Virus record (IMG/VR): IMGVR_UViG_3300049049_000146
Location: 259,216 to 323,215 of that record
DNA from: a virus
Lineage: Duplodnaviria > Heunggongvirae > Uroviricota > Caudoviricetes
Length of the DNA stretch: 64,000 nucleotides
Direction: 5' to 3' (one strand)
Under the pieces are notes generated by a model. The model worked only from the letters and a program-made list of their open reading frames with translations. It searched no databases and was not told the DNA's origin. Within the stretch, counting starts at the first letter, position 1; every line of letters begins with the position of its first letter. A program made the position numbers and the translations under genes. This document shows, in pieces, positions 57,343 through 64,000 of the stretch.

Positions 57343-58295
57343 TCCAATTGCTCCTTCTGCAGCGAACCAGGATCCTGGTCAGGATCGTCAAGCGAGAGGG
57401 TTTTCACGCGGTCGAAGAACGGGAGAATCTCTTCTTTGATCTCTCTCGCTGCAACTCTTCCCGCGTGGTCGGGGTCCATGAAGAGGTATACGTACTTGAT
57501 ACCGAGGGCAAGAAGCATATCCCGCTTCTTGTCTGACCAGTTGTTCGATCCGAGGATCGACAGTGCCGGAATACCTGCCTGTAGCAGGTTGAGTGCGTCG
57601 ACCTCGCCCTCTACGAGGACGACAGAGTCAGTGCCAGGGAACGTATCGCGTACGTAGTCGAACGGAAAGAATGTAGTAAGCGCCTGGCACCAAGGTGCCC
57701 GGTAATACTTCATCTTCTTGTTCTTATCGAGCCGACGACCGACCCAACCAACGAGCCGGTCATTCTGCATGTACGGCCAAAGAATGCGCTCGACGACGAA
57801 CCGCTTGTACACCACACCGGAGTCGTTCTTCAACTCAACGGGCTGCTGCCAGAGGTACGAAGGAATCTTCTTGAGGAACTTTCTCTGAAGTCCGCGCCAA
57901 ACAGGCTCGGTCCACGGAGTGATCTCCTTAGGAAGGTCTTGACCTTCATCCTCCTTACCAAAAGACTCAAGCTCGTCATGAAGCTGGGCGAAGAGGTCCA
58001 TCTTCGCCACGCGCTCAGTGAACGTATTTGCGGTGGCCTGTTCAAATTCAGCCAGACCAAGAAGTCGGGCAACCTTATTCCAGCTGCCAGACCAGTTGCA
58101 CACCCAACAGTGTGCCTTCCGGCCGTCGCGAGTAAGTTCGAGGTTGTATCCCGTGTCAACCTTGTCCCCGTGAGGATTGGGGCAGTTGATCTTGATGTTA
58201 TTCCGTCCACCTGACCGCCAGTCAATGCCCGAGCGGCCAAGCTCACCCATGAGGTGAGCCTCTGCTTCTGCGGGATGCGGCCAGCGCATAATCAA
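57312..58295 (-). CDS. DNA primase (zinc-binding + TOPRIM)
   Basis: CPNPH..CWVC zinc finger; GWVGR; LVEGEVDAL; FMDPDHAG; DPG. Confidence 0.9.
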   Translation of the reverse strand: MIMRWPHPAEAEAHLMGELGRSGIDWRSGGRNNIKINCPNPHGDKVDTGYNLELTRDGRKAHCWVCNWSGSWNKVARLLGLAEFEQATANTFTERVAKMDLFAQLHDELESFGKEDEGQDLPKEITPWTEPVWRGLQRKFLKKIPSYLWQQPVELKNDSGVVYKRFVVERILWPYMQNDRLVGWVGRRLDKNKKMKYYRAPWCQALTTFFPFDYVRDTFPGTDSVVLVEGEVDALNLLQAGIPALSILGSNNWSDKKRDMLLALGIKYVYLFMDPDHAGRVAAREIKEEILPFFDRVKTLSLDDPDQDPGSLQKEQLEWLHEFLQQA

Positions 58296-58615
58296 CCCTT
58301 CGGGTCTGCGGGCGGATTCAAAAGCATCGCGGTCTGACGCACAAGATTGTTCCAGTGGTCAGGAGGGCATCCTTCGGGTGCCTTCGTCTGCGACGCGATG
58401 TTGTACCACTCGTACAACAGCTGAAGGTGCGCGTGAGGCGTCACAAACAGCTGAGTAAGCGGCAACAGCGGCAACTTCTCACCTGCCTGGATGTACGTCG
58501 AGTCGATTTCCATGTCCATCACAAGGATATCGTCAACGAAATACTCAACATACGTGGTCTTGGCGTCCTTCTGAGACACCGACACGTAGACCATGGGTAC
58601 CTTGATGGTCGTCAT
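58292..58615 (-). CDS. hypothetical protein
   Basis: 107 aa. Confidence 0.7.
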   Translation of the reverse strand: MTTIKVPMVYVSVSQKDAKTTYVEYFVDDILVMDMEIDSTYIQAGEKLPLLPLTQLFVTPHAHLQLLYEWYNIASQTKAPEGCPPDHWNNLVRQTAMLLNPPADPKG

Positions 58616-58636
58616 AGGCTTGGATTTACAGAACGC

Positions 58637-59398
58637 TCACTCGTCCGAAAGGCTTAGAGAATTCCCGGCGAGAGCGGAACGCCAGGCGCTGTACAACGAG
58701 CGCCCGGAGTAGAATGGGGGTTCGGTGGAGCGCACAGTAAACGTAGCGGTCCAGTTGACCTTGGCGGGGTCTTCTGCTTGCTCGCCAAACTGCAGGCCCT
58801 CGGGGTTGAAGAATCCACGAAGGAAAATCTCAGGATATACCAAGCTGTGGTACACGATGTAGGTGAAGTTGGGGCGGCCGTCTGCAAGAATCTTCTCCTC
58901 GTTCATCAGGTCGAAGAAGTCGTAGAAGTCCAGCAGCCCTGGAGGCAGGTCGATTGCGTCCGCGGTGAACGTCTGGCCTGAAATCTCGCCAGAAGTACGT
59001 GTACGAACAGGCAAAAGGTTACCGGTCTGGAAGGTGAACTGAACAGTAGGTTCATCGAAGAACGTGCTGCGGGAAGAATTCCGCCAAAGGTGGAGAATGG
59101 TCCCGGACCGCGTCTTTTCCTGAGCGGCGCGCATCGGGAAATTCCACTGCGTGTTCTCTGGTCCCGACCAGAAGATGATGTACCTACCCTGCGCCGCGAA
59201 CGATTCCGAAGTGATGATCATCGGCGCGCGGATCTGCGCGTAAGGGCCACGGTAGTCGCCGGAGGCCGTGTTCAGGTCCTGCGCCCTGATGCCGCGGCGC
59301 TGCATGATGTCGACCAGCCGCTCATCGTCACGGACAAGCTCTTGAACCGCGGCGAAATTAGTCAGGACTTGGGATGCTTCTGAGCCTGCTCCGGGCAT
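58637..59398 (-). CDS. baseplate organisation / tail-tube-initiator-like protein
   Basis: FWSGPENTQWNF...EKTRSGTILHLW...VQFTFQTG...LRGFF..LQFGE..NWTATF, a tube-like fold pattern seen in myovirus baseplate proteins. Confidence 0.55.
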   Translation of the reverse strand: MPGAGSEASQVLTNFAAVQELVRDDERLVDIMQRRGIRAQDLNTASGDYRGPYAQIRAPMIITSESFAAQGRYIIFWSGPENTQWNFPMRAAQEKTRSGTILHLWRNSSRSTFFDEPTVQFTFQTGNLLPVRTRTSGEISGQTFTADAIDLPPGLLDFYDFFDLMNEEKILADGRPNFTYIVYHSLVYPEIFLRGFFNPEGLQFGEQAEDPAKVNWTATFTVRSTEPPFYSGRSLYSAWRSALAGNSLSLSDE

Positions 59399-59414
59399 TT
59401 GCGCTCCTAACGCA

Positions 59415-59447
59415 GAGTGCCTGGCAAGAATTTCTCACCAGGCACTC
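59415..59447. repeat. perfect 10-bp inverted repeat (hairpin without U tract)
   Basis: GAGTGCCTGG (59415-24) / CCAGGCACTC (59438-47). Confidence 0.8.
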
Positions 59448-59448
59448 C

Positions 59449-59457
59449 GTAGATAAC
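59449..59457 (-). promoter_or_regulatory. candidate phage promoter motif GTTATCTAC
   Basis: Consensus copy of the recurring intergenic motif. Confidence 0.5.
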
Positions 59458-59473
59458 CATCAACCTTCAGGTG

Positions 59474-60187
59474 TCACTCGTCGTCGGATTCCTCATCGAT
59501 CGCTTCACCGGTGAGCAATGCGTACTTCTCCTTCGCGTACTTCTGGACGATACCAGTCGTGTTCGCGATGATGTATGCAAGGTCAGCCTCAGTGAGTTCG
59601 ATGCCCTCAAGCTCATTCTTGGCCTGACGGGACTTGATCTCCTTGCTCGCGAGCGACTCACAGATCGACTCAACGCGGGCACTGACGTTCGTGTCAGTGA
59701 TCGCCTCTGCCATCTCGATCTCACTATCGCTTGCGAGGAAGTGCTCCGGGATCTCTGGGGCGGCGGCCACTGCCTTACCCTGAAGGCGGGCGTCAGCAAC
59801 CTCGTCGTCCTCTGCAGTCTTCTTCAGCGCACGCACGTCGCGGTTCTTGTAACCGATGCGCTCATACGCCTCAGCAATCGCTTCACGCACGCCTGGGCGG
59901 CCAAGCTCCTGCTCAGCCTGGTCCTTCGGGACAAGCTCAAGAGCATTCGCGTCAAGAAGCTGACGCAACTGCGAGCTATTCCGAATCATGTTCGGGGTCG
60001 CCTTGTTGGAAAGGCAGATGGGGTGCTTGATATTCGGAATCGCCTCACGGTGCGTCCTACCATTATCGGACAGCGTGACGACGATGATGCCGCGCTTGCC
60101 GTCCTTCGTCTTGTAGACGTTGCGGACGTAGATCGGCTGCTTGTTATCCAGAAGCTCGTCAAGATAGACGAATGCACTCGTTTCCAT
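59474..60187 (-). CDS. hypothetical (probable virion) protein
   Basis: Probable start METSAF at 60187 after GAGG; strong phage codon bias. Confidence 0.75.
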   Translation of the reverse strand: METSAFVYLDELLDNKQPIYVRNVYKTKDGKRGIIVVTLSDNGRTHREAIPNIKHPICLSNKATPNMIRNSSQLRQLLDANALELVPKDQAEQELGRPGVREAIAEAYERIGYKNRDVRALKKTAEDDEVADARLQGKAVAAAPEIPEHFLASDSEIEMAEAITDTNVSARVESICESLASKEIKSRQAKNELEGIELTEADLAYIIANTTGIVQKYAKEKYALLTGEAIDEESDDE

Positions 60188-60195
60188 TGCGGACC

Positions 60196-60363
60196 TCACT
60201 TAGACTCAGTTGGCTTGTTGTCAGACTGCTTTTCGGAAGGGGAAGGAACCTCGCGCGGCTCTTCGCCATTAGAGGCCCGACGACGCTTGACCTTGTCCTC
60301 AAGGGATTCACCCTCAACGACCTGGGTGGACTGAACGACATCACCGTAGCGAACTGTAGACAT
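60196..60363 (-). CDS. small hypothetical protein (55 aa)
   Basis: Manual: MSTVRYGDVVQSTQVVEGESLEDKVKRRR...PTESK*, GAGGTG SD, fills the gap exactly. Confidence 0.65.
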   Translation of the reverse strand: MSTVRYGDVVQSTQVVEGESLEDKVKRRRASNGEEPREVPSPSEKQSDNKPTESK

Positions 60364-60371
60364 GATGCACC

Positions 60372-61328
60372 TCACTCAAAAGTTTCGGGCATGATGCCCG
60401 TTGGTTCGAAGAATTCTTTCGGCCAGAGACCCGAAGCCTTTGCTGCGAGCCTCGTTCGGGACCATCGACCCGAAGGAACCGAAAAGTTCCAACGACCATA
60501 CGTGGAATGAGCCAGATCTCGAAGCAAACGAGAAGCAAAACCCTTCGACGGCAAGGGATCCTTCTCAAGAACCGAGGTTAAGATGCGATAAGCCACGGAT
60601 GGACCGTTGACAGAATGACTCCAAAACACGGCAGTAGCAAGGTCAGCCTCAGCTGAAAGAGGACCGCTGCCGTACAACCACTCCTGAAGAGTGGCGGTGC
60701 GCCCCGCAACTGTGAGTTTCTTGCGCTGCGACGTGTTGTTGAAGTGTTTGACGCCAAAGTCAACTTGAGCGTCGAACGTCTTTGGATTCGAGAACACTTC
60801 GTGGAATGCAAGCGCCCAGCGCTTGGATTCATCCCACTGAGGCCCGCTGCGAGGCACTTTGCCATCGACAGGAGTAAACACATCTCGGATGTGATCGCCG
60901 TACACGAGAGATCCCGTCTTTGCGCGTACGGTCACGGAACCAATCTGAACGGTCGCGTCTTTTGCGTAGCGAAGGTCGGTGCCAATAAGCGACCACCCCT
61001 CAGACGCAAACATCGAACGAAGCGATGCAGTAGTTTCATTAGGGAGCGATGCCACCAGCGCAAACAACGACCCTTGGTCATCAGCTGCGTTGAGATCTTC
61101 GTCCGCAAGTTCCTTCGGATAAACCGCAATAGCCTGGTGAAGGCCCGCAGTCATTCCCGTACCGTCATAGGCCATGACGGCACCAAAATTCCCACCTGAT
61201 TCGACCTTAGAGGTCAACCAAAGGACGCGGTCCATGTGGGAAGCGTCGCGTTGTAGAGTAAGCGACTGCTTCCCACGGATCCGGGGCCCAGAATAGGAAC
61301 CGTGAGACGAAAAAGAGACTAAGGTCAC
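60372..61328 (-). CDS. lysozyme-fold peptidoglycan hydrolase (endolysin candidate)
   Basis: KVESGGNFGAVMAYDGTGMTAGLHQ: catalytic ES plus G..Q lysozyme-superfamily hairpin. Confidence 0.6.
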   Translation of the reverse strand: MTLVSFSSHGSYSGPRIRGKQSLTLQRDASHMDRVLWLTSKVESGGNFGAVMAYDGTGMTAGLHQAIAVYPKELADEDLNAADDQGSLFALVASLPNETTASLRSMFASEGWSLIGTDLRYAKDATVQIGSVTVRAKTGSLVYGDHIRDVFTPVDGKVPRSGPQWDESKRWALAFHEVFSNPKTFDAQVDFGVKHFNNTSQRKKLTVAGRTATLQEWLYGSGPLSAEADLATAVFWSHSVNGPSVAYRILTSVLEKDPLPSKGFASRLLRDLAHSTYGRWNFSVPSGRWSRTRLAAKASGLWPKEFFEPTGIMPETFE

Positions 61329-61861
61329 TGACCCTCGCCTTCGCCTTCACCCTTCTCAGCAGCGTCAGCCGCAGCCTTCTTCTGCTTCTTCAGCTTCTTG
61401 CGCTCAGCGCGAGAAAGACCCGACTCAGGGTCACTGGACGACGTCTCAGCAGGTGCTTCTTCCGAAGCGGATTCAACCGTCTCGGACTCAACAGCAGGCT
61501 CCTCAGACTTCGGAGCTTCAGTGGTCTCTTCAACCTTTGGCTCTTCAGGCTTTGAATCAGCAGGAACGACAGGCTCGGAAGGGGCCGCAGGCTCCGTTGG
61601 CTCGACCGGAGGAGCCTCAACTTCGACCTTCTTCTCCTTCTGCTTCTTCAGCGCGAGAGGAGGCGAAGGTGGAGCAGCTACCTCAGGCTCAGCCGGAGCC
61701 GAGGTATGCTCCTCCTTTACGATGACCCCAAACTTACGCAACTCCTCTACGGTTGAATTGTCGAGAGGAGCAGCGAAATTGCTGTAAGGGCCTACACGGT
61801 GGCCGCGTACAAACACGACGCTGCCATTTGGGTTTCGTACATCGTAACGGCGACTACTCAT
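61325..61861 (-). CDS. hypothetical protein with Pro/Glu-rich tail
   Basis: 178 aa; short folded N-terminus plus low-complexity region. Confidence 0.7.
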   Translation of the reverse strand: MSSRRYDVRNPNGSVVFVRGHRVGPYSNFAAPLDNSTVEELRKFGVIVKEEHTSAPAEPEVAAPPSPPLALKKQKEKKVEVEAPPVEPTEPAAPSEPVVPADSKPEEPKVEETTEAPKSEEPAVESETVESASEEAPAETSSSDPESGLSRAERKKLKKQKKAAADAAEKGEGEGEGQ

Positions 61862-61909
61862 GATTTGTTCTCCAGAAAGGGACTAAGCCGGAGACAGCCT
61901 AGCGATTGG

Positions 61910-62284
61910 TCACTTAGCGACCCAGCCTGCGGTCGTACCGTTGCCCGACTCCTTCACGTACAGGGTCGTGTTGGCGCCACCGTCCGTGCGGACGTAAAGG
62001 TCACCAATGCTACCAAGCACGGCTCCAGCAGGAGCGCCGGTACCACGAAGAAGACGGCCACCACCGAGAACAACTTCCGCCTGATTGTCGGCGTTGCTCG
62101 TCGTGGGGGTCGTGCTCCAAAGAATTAGGCTAGCAGCAGCAAGCTCGATGAGCTTCGCCTTCGTAAGCTCAAGCTCCTGCTCCAGTAGTTCAACGACACG
62201 AACTTCGTTAGGCTCAAGAACACCGACGTAGCTGTTGACAGGAAGACGGCTCGCCGTGCGATTTGTGACTGAAAGATTCGGCAT
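61910..62284 (-). CDS. small virion decoration/fibre-like protein
   Basis: GTGAPAGAVLGSIGDLYVRTDGGANTTLYVKESG..GWVAK fibre motif. Confidence 0.65.
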   Translation of the reverse strand: MPNLSVTNRTASRLPVNSYVGVLEPNEVRVVELLEQELELTKAKLIELAAASLILWSTTPTTSNADNQAEVVLGGGRLLRGTGAPAGAVLGSIGDLYVRTDGGANTTLYVKESGNGTTAGWVAK

Positions 62285-62330
62285 GTCCCAGGTTACTCCG
62301 TGGCGAGGACCCTCCCCACCAACTCATTCG

Positions 62331-62340
62331 GTATATAATC
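62331..62340 (-). promoter_or_regulatory. candidate promoter motif GATTATATAC
   Basis: Variant of the recurring motif; also resembles a sigma70 -10. Confidence 0.4.
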
Positions 62341-62361
62341 GAGGGGTGCCGTTCCATTATC

Positions 62362-63075
62362 TCAAACGCTGCTCGGGCTCCATTTCATAAGGAGAATCCA
62401 CTCATTTCCTGTGCCGAGGATCTGGGCGCATTCACCTACCCCTAGCTGAAAAAGCTCGCCAAAATAGACGTTGCCGATTCCTCGGTAGTGCTTCACGGTG
62501 ATGAATGATGCACGAACCTCAGGAGGCAAACGTAGCGTAACGTGCCCTGTAGTCGTGTCACACAGAATCAGCTGGTCGTCATCCTGAACGCTGTCCGCCC
62601 CTGAAACAAATCGGAACTTGGGCAGGTGCTCGTGGTTTCCGGCCGCAGCCTGCTTAGCGCCTGTACCGAGAGAACGAAGGCCGGGCTGCGTCGGTAGTGG
62701 GTCAAGCAACGATGAATTCAGCTTATTCACCGTGATTGAAGCAGCCGCAATGTGCCTGGTACCTACAGCACTCGGAGCAATCTCAAGCTTGTCAGGGAAT
62801 CGTCCGACGATAGCGCCGCCTGCGTCGCCTGTGGGGAGGCCGCCAGCGTGTTCCTGTACAAAGCGCACCGTCGCGATAGCCCCCTCAGGGGTAGAATCCG
62901 TCGAGGTCGTGTAGGAAATTGCACCAGAAGTGCGCAACGACTCCAACTTTGACCGGACAGAATCAAGCTGCGTGACGTTCACGTTGAACTCGCGGGTCTC
63001 CGTCGGCCCAACGAATCCAATCGTGGAATCGAGCACGATGCGGGAGCGTGTGTTGTTCTTCACCGTCAGCAGCAT
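62362..63075 (-). CDS. virion fibre-like protein
   Basis: AVGTRHIAAASITVNKL repeat, LGTGAKQAAAGNHEH, ILCDTTTGHVTLRLP. Confidence 0.65.
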   Translation of the reverse strand: MLLTVKNNTRSRIVLDSTIGFVGPTETREFNVNVTQLDSVRSKLESLRTSGAISYTTSTDSTPEGAIATVRFVQEHAGGLPTGDAGGAIVGRFPDKLEIAPSAVGTRHIAAASITVNKLNSSLLDPLPTQPGLRSLGTGAKQAAAGNHEHLPKFRFVSGADSVQDDDQLILCDTTTGHVTLRLPPEVRASFITVKHYRGIGNVYFGELFQLGVGECAQILGTGNEWILLMKWSPSSV

Positions 63076-63083
63076 AGATTACC

Positions 63084-63998
63084 TCAGAGAAGACCCAAAC
63101 GGGACATGAGTGGGAGAATTTGACTAGAGCCTCCCTGGACCGTCTGCACCTTCGCAACGAGGCTGGTCAGGCCGAAGTCGTAGGGGCGCGTTGCGAGCAC
63201 GCCTGTGCTCACGCGACGGAGCATATTCCTCTTCGTCTTCTGAAGCTCATTGTCCAGGTAGTCCTTTAGACGGCTCATTGCGTCGGAGTACGTACCAGTG
63301 CGGTCTACGTCGAGCGTGGTGGTCTGGCCTCCGAAGTTGAAGGCAAGCTCGCCCTCGCTGATGTACTGCGCCTGAAGGCCCCACCAAGCGGAAGCGGCGA
63401 GGAGGAAATTCGTCATACCGTAGGCGAATGGGAACGTCGTAAGGTCCCACGAAGTGATCGGGTTCGTGGCATTGATCGTGTCTACGCCGCGTAGGAAGTA
63501 CGCATACATATCTGCGTCGCTGTAAGCCTGAACGTGACCGACCTTCTTCTGAATCTTGTCGATCAGCATACGAAGATCGGGCTGTAGCCACCAGAATGTC
63601 TGCTCTGGTACACGAATCTGGTGAATGAATGTAGTGGCGGGAGATACGACGGTCTGACGGCACTGCCAGCGCACGAGATACGCGCCCTCGCTCAGCGTTG
63701 GCGTGTCAGCATAGTAGATGTAGAACCCGTCCTGCTGCACTTCCTGAAGGAAGGGAGTCAGGTCGTACGTCGTGTTCGCGCGGTTGACCAAGAAGCACTG
63801 CTTCTCTGCTTGTGCATTCTTGAATTTGATGATGACGCGCTCGGACTGGCCGCAGTACGTAATCATCGTGTACTGGCGCTCGTCTGGCGACGCTTCAATG
63901 TTGTCGATGACGACGAAGTTCGACTGGCGTTCGATCTGACGGCCACCGTTCGTGACCATCATCCAGTCGATGCGCCATGGCGTATCAGGACCACCGAG
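63084..63998 (-). CDS. putative head-tail adaptor/neck protein (5' truncated)
   Basis: Frame stays open to the window edge; YSDADMYAYF..GVDTIN...FNFGGQTTTLDVDR resembles adaptor-type proteins. Confidence 0.5.
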   Translation of the reverse strand, partial: LGGPDTPWRIDWMMVTNGGRQIERQSNFVVIDNIEASPDERQYTMITYCGQSERVIIKFKNAQAEKQCFLVNRANTTYDLTPFLQEVQQDGFYIYYADTPTLSEGAYLVRWQCRQTVVSPATTFIHQIRVPEQTFWWLQPDLRMLIDKIQKKVGHVQAYSDADMYAYFLRGVDTINATNPITSWDLTTFPFAYGMTNFLLAASAWWGLQAQYISEGELAFNFGGQTTTLDVDRTGTYSDAMSRLKDYLDNELQKTKRNMLRRVSTGVLATRPYDFGLTSLVAKVQTVQGGSSQILPLMSRLGLL

Positions 63999-64000
63999 CA

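Noticed and set aside
45839-58295. Introns, inteins or homing endonucleases in recA, nrdA, nrdB or primase
   Set aside because: ORFs are continuous and of ordinary length
46544-60334. Plus-strand ORFs of 212-287 aa opposite recA, ssb and the 59474 gene
   Set aside because: Shadows of strongly codon-biased genes; no evidence for any plus-strand gene in the window
1-64000. Stop-codon reassignment
   Set aside because: Genes are full length and tightly packed under the standard bacterial code; TGA, TAA and TAG all act as stops
1-64000. Bacterial contractile injection system or prophage rather than phage
   Set aside because: Phage-type primase, SSB, RNR and sigma genes are interleaved with tail genes; no host-like operons, integrase or att site in the window

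Overview
Phage DNA: about 70 tightly packed, often ATGA-coupled genes, all on the minus strand, most consistent with a large contractile-tailed phage (myovirus-like). In transcription order (64000 to 1) there are three blocks. (1) Head/neck-type genes, a lysozyme-fold protein and a baseplate/tube-initiator-like gene. (2) A ~17 kb replication/transcription block: primase, Cas4-like nuclease, nrdB-nrdA, TIGR02757, SWIM protein, RpoD-like sigma, gp32-type SSB, thioredoxin-like protein, type IA topoisomerase, RecA, Mre11/SbcD, UvsY-like and NDT-like proteins. (3) After a terminator, a ~41 kb baseplate/tail-fibre block: M23-fused hub, spike-like, gp25-like, J-like and many paralogous fibre genes, interleaved with Dps, SWIM, DUF1360, coiled-coil and holin-like genes. 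No capsid, terminase, portal, sheath, integrase, tRNA or CRISPR array was recognised. Best leads: (a) a sigma factor with eroded region 4 together with a -10-only motif (S)TTATCTAC in most intergenic gaps; (b) a tandem TAACCCG-type motif ending exactly 14 nt before the ATG of both ssb and recA; (c) degenerate TopA and thioredoxin homologues inside the ssb-recA gene run; (d) a multi-stem leader before nrdB. All product calls come from motif recognition by eye, without database searches.
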